Of a stretch of DNA of 64,000 nt, positions 52,647 through 64,000 are shown one piece after another. Each line of letters begins with the position of its first letter. Position 1 is the stretch's first letter. Source of the DNA: Octopus sinensis (taxonomy: Eukaryota); assembly GCF_006345805.1 (NCBI RefSeq), contig NC_043019.1, positions 25,419,360 through 25,483,359 of the forward strand, written 5' to 3'. The translations under genes were made by a program, and so were the position numbers. Under the pieces are notes generated by a model. The model worked only from the letters and a program-made list of their open reading frames with translations, searched no databases and was not told the DNA's origin.

Positions 52647-52670
<24 letters not shown>

Positions 52671-53060
52671 TAATAATAAATATTAGGGAATAGATCCAAA
52701 CTTACAGGGAAAAATCAGATTTAGGATTGAATCCAATTTTATAGTAAAATATTATATTATATTAAATTAGAGATAAAACCACTATTAGGCAAATCATACA
52801 ATGAAATACTTAAGCCAATATATAAGATTATTTAATTTATATTATTTAAATATATAACAAAATTATTAAAAAAATATAATTAATATTGTTATATATTTAA
52901 ATAATATAAATTAAATAATCTTATGTATTGGCTTAAGTTTTTCATTGTATGATTTGCCTAATAGTGGTTTTATCTCTAATTTAATATAATATATATATAT
53001 ATATCATCATCATCATTTAACATGGATACTGAGTGTTAAATGATGATATATATAAATATA

Positions 53061-53091
<31 letters not shown>

Positions 53092-53474
53092 AATTAATAA
53101 TAAATATTAGGGAATAGATCCAAACTTACAGGAAAAATCAGATTTAGGATTGAATCCAATTTTATAGTAAAATATTATATTATATTAAATTAGAGATAAA
53201 ACCACTATTAGGCAAATCATACAATGAAATACTTAAGCCAATATATAAGATTATTTAATTTATATTATTTAAATATATAACAAAATTATTAAAAAAATAT
53301 AATTAATATTGTTATATATTTAAATAATATAAATTAAATAATCTTATGTATTGGCTTAAGTTTTTCATTGTATGATTTGCCTAATAGTGGTTTTATCTCT
53401 AATTTAATATAATATATATATATATATATATATCATCATCATCATTTAACATGGATACTGAGTGTTAAATGATG

Positions 53475-53500
<26 letters not shown>
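52647..53500. repeat. Tandem duplication (period 424 bp) of an AT-rich fold-back
   Basis: tattagggaatagatcc starts at 52681 and 53105. Each unit has the inverted gagataaaaccactattaggcaaatc/gatttgcctaatagtggttttatctc arms. Confidence 0.9.
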
Positions 53501-53525
<25 letters not shown>

Positions 53526-53681
53526 CATGCATACAAATCTATCTCATATGCTCATCATTGTATCATTGGGTTTGTTTTCTTTCTGTTTACCTGTCTGTCT
53601 CCTTATCCCTCTTCGTCCCTTTCCATCTCCCTCATTCTCTCACATGCTCTCTCTCTCTTTCACTCTCATTTCAAACTACAG

Positions 53682-53893
53682 AAGAGACAGCCACTCCGAT
53701 ACATCTTCGTCAATGTCACAGACATCATATGACCCCTCAAAACCCGTGTTCAAGGACCTCAACTCAGAGATCCCTGACAGTTCGGTGCCCAGCACTGAGA
53801 CCACAGATACCTTGGATGCAGTGAATTCTTCAAAGGAAACTGTTACCTTGGTCTCTAGCAGACCCCTTTCAGGGGATAGAATTAATTCAGAAG
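53682..53893 (+). CDS. Spn/PPP1R9: Neurabin exon (R-RDSHSDTSSSMSQTSYDPSKPVFKDLNSEIPDSSVPSTETTDTLDAVNSSKETVTLVSSRPLSGDRINSE)
   Basis: CT-rich tract plus actacag acceptor, GTTAGT donor, phase 2 to 1. Lies within ORF 53527..53898. Confidence 0.83.
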
Positions 53894-55708
53894 GTTAGTG
53901 CTGATTTTGTTGTTTGTTACTATTGTTGCTGTTGTTGTTGTTCATTATTTAACGTTCACATATAATTATTTGCTTTTCTCTCTTCATGGTGTCTGATAGG
54001 AAGTGGAATCATAACGTCTTTGTGTTGTGATATAAATGGGTGCCTCTCCTGCAGTCATCCCCCAATGGGAATTAACAATCTGTGTTTTCCCCCCCATTCA
54101 CTAATTCCTCTCCCCCACATCAACCTCGGTTACATTCATCCCCACTGTCACTGCTGTGGATTACTGGAATGATGATCCTGTTAAGAAGCTTGGGAACTGC
54201 TTTAAACCAGACCTGTGATTGGATAGGTTATGGGCAGAGTGGCCAATTATCAGCATCGTCATCATCGTCATCGTTTAATGTCTGCTTTCCATGTTCCATG
54301 GGTTTGACAGTTTGACAGGAGCCGGCCAGGTAGAAGACTACACCAAGCATCTGTGTCTGTCTTGGCAGGGTTTTCACAGCTGGATGCCCTTCCTAATGCC
54401 AACCACCCCACAGAGTGGGCTCAGTACTTTTTACATGGCACCAGCACAGGTGAGGTCAGTTTTGGCTTGGTTTTTTTTTTACAGCAGGATGCTCTTTCAA
54501 GTGCCAACCACTTCACAGTGTGGACTGAATGCTCTTCACTTGGCACCAGCACTGGCAGGGTCACCAAGTAACTCACAAGACAAGGAATTTTGAGAGGGGA
54601 GGGGGGCATTTGAGGTGGTGATCTTCTGTCAGATGATGAAAGATTAGAGTGTGACAGAGACACAGAGATGGGCTGAGAGAAAGCTACCTCTGAAAGGCCA
54701 GGTAGAAATGGTGAAACAGCTCCTTCATCCCTTCCTTCATTTATTACTGATTGACCATTGTGCTTTGCCCAAGTTTTCGTCTGACCATATAGTTTTAGTG
54801 TGATCTTTTGCTTCTTGTGGAAACGATGCATTCCACCAGTCAGAAGACCCATCTGCTGCCAACAGCCTTTCCATGTAGGGCCTAGCATGATGTATCTGAT
54901 GATGTGCAGGCATGCACCACAGTTGCAGTATCTGCAGAGACTTTTTGATGGTGAGTAAGCATAGTTGTTGTATATCAGGTATGTTTCCCTCACCCCACAG
55001 CTTGTCTTTTTATCAGAGCTGCAGTCCTGAGTCGAGTGAAAGACCAAGCCCTTGGGTGACTGGCATCTGGAAAGTTGTCTGGTGCATATTGGACCCTATC
55101 ATTTGGGCAGTGCAGTTGGTAACATGTCAACCATTTCAATCTGTAGAGTGATAGTGCTCTCCTCAAACTGAAGAAAGATGACATTGGGTTCATTAGCACA
55201 GGTGGCCCTGCAAGGGCTATGGGCTTTCACCATTTGCTTTAGACTAAATATCAATTCCTAACAATGAATCCCATACCCTATTCAAGACACCAGTTAATGT
55301 TGCTATGCTGTTGTTGTTGCTGCTTTATTCTTTCTTATGTTTTCAAGTGTTCAATGTTGTTGCATCTAATGTTGTTGAATTTTATTGTTGCATGTATTCA
55401 GTGGAGCATGAAACACTGGAGAAGAATGTGGTTGAATTGGATGGAGAAAAGTAAACAGAAAATTGTGACCATAGTTCAAGGAATAACAACTTTGAAGATT
55501 TATTTATTCTCCGACGGCCTCGCACAATGATAGTGTTATCTTTGTATATTTTCCACCCTGCTTTGCATGTATGCAGGTGGCCACCTCCATGACATAGTGT
55601 GGGGTGTACATATTGTGCAGACTGCAATATGTATATATATAATTAATATAGGCATCCATATGCAATGTATTACCAGAAAGGAAAACTATGATTGTCACTA
55701 AACAAGAC

Positions 55709-55943
55709 AAGGGTGTTAGAACATTTACATTACTAGAAATAAGAGCTAAAAAGCTCTAATGCAAGTGGTCCCTACTGATGAGGCTATGGAATTAGCTGGT
55801 CAGTGTAGGGAATTACACGACTGGTGTTTTTGGGTGATTATAGTCCCTGTCAGTACATTTGTATACAGTTATGTGCTTTAACTACAGCATTAGAGCTTTT
55901 TAGCTCTTATTTCTAGCAATGTAGGTGTTCTAAAACCCTAGTC
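55709..55943. mobile_element. Fold-back element (relative at about 48815-48990) with a broken hammerhead motif at 55770-55810
   Basis: Inverted ends agggtgttagaaca...tgttctaaaaccct. CCCTA-CTGATGA-GGCTA-tggaat-TAGCT with the GAAAC segment missing. Confidence 0.6.
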
Positions 55944-56049
55944 ATATATATATATATATATATATATAGATTCAAATGAATATGGTACTTAGATGCACCA
56001 GAATTTTTTTATGGTATTACCCATAAAATTATGTGGGGTGATCATAACC

Positions 56050-56146
56050 AAAAAGTAAGCAACAAGAATGGATCGGTAATTTAGTACAATTGTAATTTAG
56101 TACAATTGTACTAAATTGCCAATCCATTCTTGTTGCTTATTTTTTT
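56050..56146. repeat. Palindrome centred on ACAATTGT
   Basis: aagcaacaagaatggat...gtacaattgtac...atccattcttgttgctt with a 16-bp internal duplication. Confidence 0.85.
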
Positions 56147-56147
56147 G

Positions 56148-56182
<35 letters not shown>

Positions 56183-57674
56183 CTGTGTGTTTGCTGTAGT
56201 TATAGGAATGGTTTGCTTAAAGAAAGGAATGGTCTGTTTGGCTACTATACAGGACAGCCAGTGCACAATGCAGCAGATTCCTTTCTCCTTAACAACATAA
56301 GACTGTCTCTGAAATAGTTTAGGAGACTGTCTAATTGGAAATACTATCAATGCCATCACTGCATCAGTCAATGTTATGCCTGAGGTTTTAGCTTTTGAGA
56401 AGCTGGTGTCATAGTAATGGCATTATCAAGGCATTATCAAATGCCAATCCCAGATGGAGGATAAAGGAAAAGAATTGTGTTTCCTCTAAGAAGAAATAAC
56501 TGACTCATACTTAAAGTATATTTCTGCATGTGATGGAGGCAGGAAGTCATTTTGTCTAACTTTTTCACATTATTTTGAATTATTATTATTATTGAGTGAG
56601 AGAGCAGTGCATGCCATCAAAGTGACACTGGGATAAAATATACAAAGCCCAATATACCCAACATGACTACCAGTCTGATAAGGGTGCACTAGGCACATGC
56701 ATCACAAACATATGTGCACAACATGGTGATCTTCTATCAAGATATACGGTGCATGCCCTTGCAGTTGGGGCCCAGTTAGAATTTTCTTCAGGTCGAGTAG
56801 CCCATCCTGCTCAAAAGGTCCCTGAATAAGGGTTGTTTAAGGATGTTGAAGGAACCACCTGTTTCCAGAGGTGAATTAGTCCAACCCCAAAGAATCCCTC
56901 TCAACACATGGCTATGATGCTCCCCCACTACTTCTGCTCGTGATCAGAGATGCACATTATTATTATTATTATTTTTGCCTGAGATGCTTTATATATGTAA
57001 TAATTTAATTACGTGTCTGTAAATAGATATTAATCAATGTATTTTGTTAAAATTAATCATTAAGTCGCTTTTTAAAATTTTTATTACTTTCTAATTTTAA
57101 TTTGTGCTTTTTTTAGACAAACATAAATCACCTGAAATTGTAGTCTACCCTCATAGTCTGAAGTAGCTTTTGCATGCAAACTGGAAATGCTTTACTTTAT
57201 ATAGTCATCTCAACTTTTTTCTAATCCTCTCACCAATACACACACACACACACACACATATACAATGTGTGTGTGTGTCTGTGTTTGTCCTCCCACCACT
57301 GCTTGACAACCAGTGTTGGTGTGTTTACATCCCTGTAACTTAGCAGTTTGGCAAAAGAGATCGATAGGATAAGTACCAGGCTTAAAATCAAAAGTGCTGG
57401 GGGTCGATTCCTGCGACTAAAATTCTTCAAGGCAGTGCCCCAGCATGGCCACAGTCTAATGACTAAAACAAATAAGAGTTAAAAGATTAATATACTTTTT
57501 ATAAGCACCCACTACACTCTCAGAGTGGTTAGCGTTAGGAAGGGCATCCAGCTGTAGAAACTCTGCCAGATCAGATTGGAGTCTGGTACAGCCATCTGGT
57601 TCGCCAGACCTCAGTCAAATCGTCCAACCAATGCTAGCATGGAAAGCAGACGTTAAACGATGATGATGATGATA

Positions 57675-57746
<72 letters not shown>

Positions 57747-60386
57747 TAAAATCCTCATTGTTTAACGTCCGTCTTCCATGCTAGCATGGGTGGGACTGTA
57801 CTACAAGAGCTGGCCAGGCAGAATCTTGCACCAGGCATCTGAAACTGTTTGGCAGGATTTTTATAGCTGGAAGCCTTTCCAAACACCAACGACTCAGCAG
57901 AGTGGACTTTGTGCTTTTTGCATGGCACAAACACAGGTGAGGGTAGTTTTGGCAAGGTTTTTACAGCTGGATGCCCTTCTGAACACCAACCACTTTAACA
58001 GTGTGGCCTGGGTGCTTTTAAGTGGCACTTGTACTGACAGGGTCACCGAGTACTTGTGAGACATTAGCCAAAAAAAAAAAAAAAAAAGAATGATTATCTT
58101 CCACCCCTGAAATAATTGAATGTTGAGAAATATATAAATCCCTAATATTCCAAATTTCTGCCCACCTCTCTTTCTCTCTTCACGTACAGGTACACATGCA
58201 GTTATTTACACATACATACACATACACACAAACATGCATATATACACGATAATTATCAGGTATACACTTACAAATGCACACACCACACACACACACACAC
58301 ACATACATGAATATGAATGCATATGTTTTGAGGTTGAATCCCACTGCATGGCACCTTTGGCAAGTGTCTTCTACTATAGCCCTGGGCTGACCAAAGCCTT
58401 GTGAATAGATTTGGTAAATGGAGACTGAAGGTAGCCTTTTATATATATAAATATCATATATATATGTATGTATGTGTGTGTTTGTATCTTCAGCATTGCC
58501 TGACAACTGGTGTTGGTTTGTTTGCATCCGTGTAACTCATTAGTTGAGTACCAAGAGACCAATAGAATAAATACTTGGTTTAAAAGAAAAAAAATAAACA
58601 CTGCGGTTGATTTGTTAACTAAAACCCTTCAAGGTTGTGCTCCAGCATGGCCACAGTCACAAGATTGAAGTTCTAGATATTCATATACAAAATATTAACA
58701 ATGGTAAAAGTAGATTCCATTAACAAGAAATCTCAGACTTATAAATGGAAAGTAAATGGAATGCTTACACTTTGGTGAATGTCAAAAGCAATAAAAACAA
58801 GTCTTTTATTATCATCATCACTATGGCAACGAAATGGCAGAATTGCTGAAGCTGTCAGTGAAATACCTTGTGGTATTTCTTCCACGTTTTTATGACGTCT
58901 GTTCGGATACATACAATATTTACTTACCTAGTGTTTTTTTGGTGTATAAGTCAACATAGTAAAGAGTGTAAACAGCCAAACATGGTCACTATCTTTCCAA
59001 ATTCTGCTGCATTTCACATGGAATTTTTGGTCCTCCGATGTCGTCTTGGGGTAGAAGTTGACCGACCATTTTGAGCTGGAAATTTTAAATCTTCAAAAAT
59101 TTGACTTGCCTGCCAGAAAGCATTGTATGGCTCACTAATTAGCAAAAACATCATTACTTTGAGCTGTAAATGCAAAACTCTGCACCTGTCAGATTTTGCT
59201 TTACCAGAGGTATCAAGCAAAGTAAATGGCACCTGCTAAAGTGTACTCGTAGGTCAAAGACTGTTGAAATACATAGAATTACAGACTCCCATTCCATCTT
59301 CACATTCAGATGTACAATAAACGAGTGATTGGAACATTGGGAACCTGTCGTCAAGGATATTATTAATCACAGGTGTGACTCTGTGGTAAGAAGTTCTTGG
59401 TTCAGTCCCACTGTGTGGAACTTTGGGCAGGTGTCTTATACTATAACCTTGGGCCAGCCAAACCCTTGTAACTAGATTTCTTGAATGGAAACTGAAAGAA
59501 GCCTATCATATATATGTGTGTGTGTGTGCCCCACTTTCGCTTGAAACCGGTGTTGTTGTGTTTATGTTCCATAACTTAGTGGTTTGGCAAAAGAGACTAA
59601 CAAAATAAGTACCAAGCTTGAAAAAAAATAAAAGGCCTGGGGTCGATTCATTCAATTAAAAATTCTTCGGGATGGTGCCCCAGCATGGCCGCAATCAAGT
59701 GACTAAAATATGTAAAAGATTAAAAAAGAAAATAGAAAACATTACAATGATAATAATCTGCAATACAGAATAACACAAAATACCGAAAAATTGTTTCACC
59801 AACCTACAAATATAATAAAGATCAGTCAGAGAGTGCAAACCTCCACCAAGACAGCACCAATGTCCTCTCAATGATTAGCCAGAGATGATTTTGGAAAATG
59901 AGAATATCTGAAATAAACTCGACTGCTGTCACAAACGAAAACACTAAAAATGAATCTGACCACTCTAAAAAATTAAGTAAATAAATAAAAAAAAAAAAAA
60001 ACAGAAAAATAATCCAGAATCCTTCCCCGGTACCCAATCTGTCCCAAAATCTAATCAGTTCATGCCAGTCACAAGGCCAAAAGTCCCCAAAAGTTTCATC
60101 TGAATCCATCCAGTGGTTCTTGAGATATCTAGATCAAGGACAAACAAACAAACAAACACAACTGAAAACAATGACTCCACCTTTGCTAAGGTGGAGGTAA
60201 TAATAATAAAAGCATTGTGAGAAGTAAAGAGAGAGAGAGAGAGAGAGTGGTGGGCAACCTTGTCCCTCACATCAGGTTTTGAAAGCTCCAGGAAGCAAGG
60301 TTGACCAGGTGGACAAAGGAAATCTGAATTCCTCGACCCCTCCTGTTTTTGAAACGTTCATCAAAACCCACTTTTATTATCTTCAG

Positions 60387-60632
60387 GTTTTACAGTCAGC
60401 TTATTCCCTTCCAAGTTTAAACGAATCGGTTCTGCAGAAAGTTGGGGAAAGAAAAAGAACAAAATGAAATCCCACCCCATTCAATTAATTAGTAGTCATT
60501 CGTTAGAAACTTTTCCTGCCTCTTACGATTATGACTCCGAACCCAGTTCCAGCTCCAGTGGTGTTGTACTTCTGTCTAGTCGGCCACTTGAACCAGACAA
60601 CTTCGTTTCTTGGAATGGTAACAGAACAGGTG
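60387..60632 (+). CDS. Spn/PPP1R9: Neurabin exon (G-FTVSLFPSKFKRIGSAESWGKKKNKMKSHPIQLISSHSLETFPASYDYDSEPSSSSSGVVLLSSRPLEPDNFVSWNGNRTG)
   Basis: ttttattatcttcag acceptor, GTGAGT donor, 246 nt, phase 1-1, stop-free in the inherited frame. Shares the L-[VL]-SSRPL motif with the previous exon. Confidence 0.72.
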
Positions 60633-61069
60633 GTGAGTTCTAATCCAGGCCTTGTTTTCATTGAAGGTTCAACTTTTTAAATTGTTTCTTTTTCTTCTTT
60701 TTTTTTTAAGTGGGAGGAAACTAGAGGTGTGCATATCCAGTATCATAAGGGGCTGTTCTCTTTGTGTCCCTTAAATATGCAGTCCATTGCTATATTTACT
60801 GAGTGTATTTCTTAGGCAAGACACTTGACTCTATCTTGCCTTTGCTGATGTAAGTAGGTTAGTTAATGCACAAATGGTCAAAAAAGTGAAAACATGGCCT
60901 GATATTACACTTTTGAGGAATATTGGAGACACTGAGGCTGAGGTTTCTATCCTGGATGACTCAGTAGCTGATTGATCAGTGTTCTGAACAACTGGGCCAT
61001 GTGTGTATATGTGTGTGTATATATATACACACACACAAATGCATATGTACATGTTGATGTATATACAGT

Positions 61070-61133
<64 letters not shown>

Positions 61134-61142
61134 ATATATATA

Positions 61143-61183
<41 letters not shown>

Positions 61184-61511
61184 GTCACAACTTACCTGAA
61201 GACCCTGTGTAGTTACAGGTGAAACTCAGAGTAGTTATATTTATGTACAAATACATATGTATATCTGTACATAGATACACACACAAATCCAAACATGTAT
61301 ACACACACTCACACACACACACATTATATACAGTTCTTCCATGGTAAATAAACAAAGTATCAGTCATTATCCGTAAGTTTTTATTGGGGTCATTTTTTTC
61401 AAAGGATAAATTTATATTATTTTTTTTGTATTTTTCAATCTAACTTGTTCATAGTTTCATGCTGCTAACTTCCTATGCCTCTCACCCATAACTCCGCAAG
61501 CTTATTATTAC

Positions 61512-61559
<48 letters not shown>

Positions 61560-61562
<3 letters not shown>

Positions 61563-62700
61563 GGTGGCAAGCTGGCAGAATCGTTAGCATGCCAGGCAAA
61601 ATGCTTAGCAGTTTTTCATCCATCTTTACATTCTCAGTTCAAATTCTGCTGAGGTCGACTTTGCCTTTCGTCCTTTCGGGGCAATTAAACAAGTACGAGT
61701 TACACACTGGGGTTAATGTAATCAACCTAATGAATCAACCCACACTGGGGTTAATGTAATCAACCCTTAGATTGTGAGGCCTTGTGCTTCCAGTAGAAAG
61801 GATTATTATTATTATTATCATTATTATTATTATTATTATTGTTATTATTATTATCTTGGTTTGGCTCAGGTTCGGTCTTATTCCTGATAGGATTTATATG
61901 GGTAGCGGATTACTACCTGTAATCTTAAGTATCTACAAGTTGTCAGCAGTCTTTCAAGTGCTTAGGACATTATTATTATTATTATTATTAAGGTGGCGAG
62001 CTGGCAGAATTGTTAGCATGCTGAGCGAAATGCTTATCCGTCTTTACATTCTCAGTTTAAATTTGGCCGAGGTCAGCTTTGCCTTTCATCCTTTCGGCGT
62101 CGATAAATTATGCACTAGCAAAACACTGGGGTCTATGTAATTGATTTACCCAATCCCCTGAAATTTCAGGTCTTGTGCCTACGGCAGAAAGGATTATTAT
62201 TATTATTATTTTTATTATTATTATTGTTAACACTTTGTCTTTGTATTGTCCCCTTCATCCTTCACCCTGGTGGCAAAAGAAATCTCCATTATTATTATTA
62301 TGAAGGTGGTGAGCTGCTAAAACTGTTAGCAAGCTGGACAAAATGCTTAGTGGTATTTTATCTGTTCTCATATTGTGAGTTCAAATTCCACCAAGCTCTA
62401 TTTTACCTTTTATCTTTTCGGGGTCAATAAAATAAGTACCAGTTGAACACTGGGGTTGATGTTCTTCATTAGCCTCCTACCTCCAAAATGTCAGGCCTTG
62501 TGCTAGCAATAGAAAAGTTTATTATCACTATTATTTCATCCATCTTTGTGTTCTGAGTTCAAATTCCACTGAGGTTGACTTTGCCTTTCATCCTTTTGGG
62601 GGTGATAAATTAAGTACCAGTTGCATACTGGGGTCGATCTAATCGACTGGCCCCCTCCACCAAAATTTTGGGCCTCGTTTCTGGAGTAGAAAAGATTATT
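61560..62700 (+). mobile_element. Head-to-tail SINE array (4-5 copies, (ATT)n linkers)
   Basis: Same family as the 22500-23620 array. Confidence 0.85.
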
Positions 62701-63119
62701 TCTTCCAATGTAGTCACCAAATTCCTATTAATCTTGCAATCCCTTCTGCTTCTCCCCCTGGCCAAATGTAGAATTATTTAGAGTAGTTAATCAAACACTG
62801 TAATTAATCCTTTTGTAGTTTAATCATAATTATAATAATACTGATTTGCATGTCTACTTGTTTGGTGTTGCTTACCGTTGTTGTTGTTGTTTGCATGACA
62901 TTACATGTACGTATGTATATATATAGAAATGTTAAAAGAATACCCGATGTATAAATGGATTTGTAAAGAACTTCAAGGAAGTACACACAGAAATAACCTG
63001 CTCCTCGAGACAATTATAATATTCAAATTTAAATATCACCTTATGTAATGTTGCTTCAATAAAATCTAGGTTAGACTTTAAAATTAGGTTTGTTATTATC
63101 AACAATATATGTATGTACC

Positions 63120-63645
63120 ATCCTATAGTATCTACCTTTCTATATTTCCTATAGTGTCTACCTTTCTATATTTCCTATAGTGTCTACCTTTCTATATTTC
63201 CTATAGTGTCTACCTTTCTATATTTCCTATAGTGTCTACCTTTCTATATTTCCCATAGTGTCTACCTTTCTATATTTCCCATAGTGTCTACCTTTCTATA
63301 TTTCCCATAGTGTCTACCTTTCTATATTTCCCATAGTGTCTACCTTTCTATATTTCCCATAGTGTCTACCTTTCTATATTTCCCATAGTGTCTACCTTTC
63401 TATATTTCCTATAGTGTCTACCTTTCTATATTTCCTATAGTGTCTACCTTTCTATATTTCCTATAGTGTCTACCTTTCTATATTTCCTATAGTGTCTACC
63501 TTTCTATATTTCCTATAGTGTCTACCTTTCTATATTTCCTATAGTGTCTACCTTTCTATATTTCCTATAGTATCTCCCTTTTTACATTTCCTAAAGTGTC
63601 TACCTTTCTATCTTTCTATAGTATCTAGCTTTCTATTTTCCCTAC
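63120..63645. repeat. 26-bp minisatellite, about 20 copies (cc(t/c)atagtgtctacctttctatattt)
   Basis: Unit starts at 63122 and 63148, no spacers. Confidence 0.95.
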
Positions 63646-64000
63646 TATCTTTTTCTGTATTAGAAACCAGTAATAATGAAATAGTAGTTAAGAATTTTTG
63701 TGAGTTTATATTTGTTTTGCCATAATTTTCCCCCAATTTTTATTTATCCAGGAAGAGAAGGAGGAGGAGTTGTTCCCATTCCATTTCTCAATATTTCCAG
63801 TTTTTTCTTTCCTGCTTGTATTTACAATTTTCTTTACCAAATTTTCCCATTCTCCTTTCCTATGTTTCTGTGTTCATTCACTTCCTTACAGCTCAAGCTT
63901 TCAACATGTTCTACTTATTGTTTTCTGCATTTTTCCCACCAGTTTTTCATGTCTCCTGTTGAATTTCCTATTCAAAAATATTTATTGTTCAGTTGAGGAT

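Noticed and set aside
54421-55199. 208-aa and 69-aa minus-strand ORFs
   Set aside because: They span SINE sequence and a decayed, unclassified repeat-like stretch, with no recognisable domain.
57117-57166. Acceptor giving DKHKSPEIVVYPHSLK-stop
   Set aside because: A possible last exon, but such pyrimidine tracts are common here and there is no independent evidence.
63120-63645. CRISPR-like appearance of the 26-bp array (also the 31-bp array at 34439-34727)
   Set aside because: No unique spacers, no cas genes, eukaryotic intron.

Overview
AT-rich, microsatellite- and SINE-dense animal DNA. The repeat families and gene structure point to an octopus or other coleoid cephalopod (inference). The window is mostly introns of one + strand gene, the neurabin/spinophilin (PPP1R9/Spn) orthologue. 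I reconstructed 10 phase-consistent GT-AG exons (4060-60632) covering the C-terminal coiled coil and a long Ser/Thr-rich linker. The N-terminus and the expected SAM domain lie outside the window. There is also a strong candidate 21-nt neural-type microexon (31770-31790). The introns hold tRNA/CORE-type SINEs, RTE and CR1 LINE relics, hAT and piggyBac-type MITEs, a DD37D (maT) and a Tc1 relic, minisatellites and three near-perfect tandem duplications. The most striking unannotated signal is a set of short fold-back elements, probably Penelope-like pseudo-LTR remnants, often bordered by (AT)n. They carry minimal type-I hammerhead ribozyme motifs with palindromic helix III. Across unrelated families in this window the core 3:8 base pair occurs as C:G, U:A and G:C, which is compensatory covariation. 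Most ORFs in the supplied track are microsatellite or palindrome artefacts.
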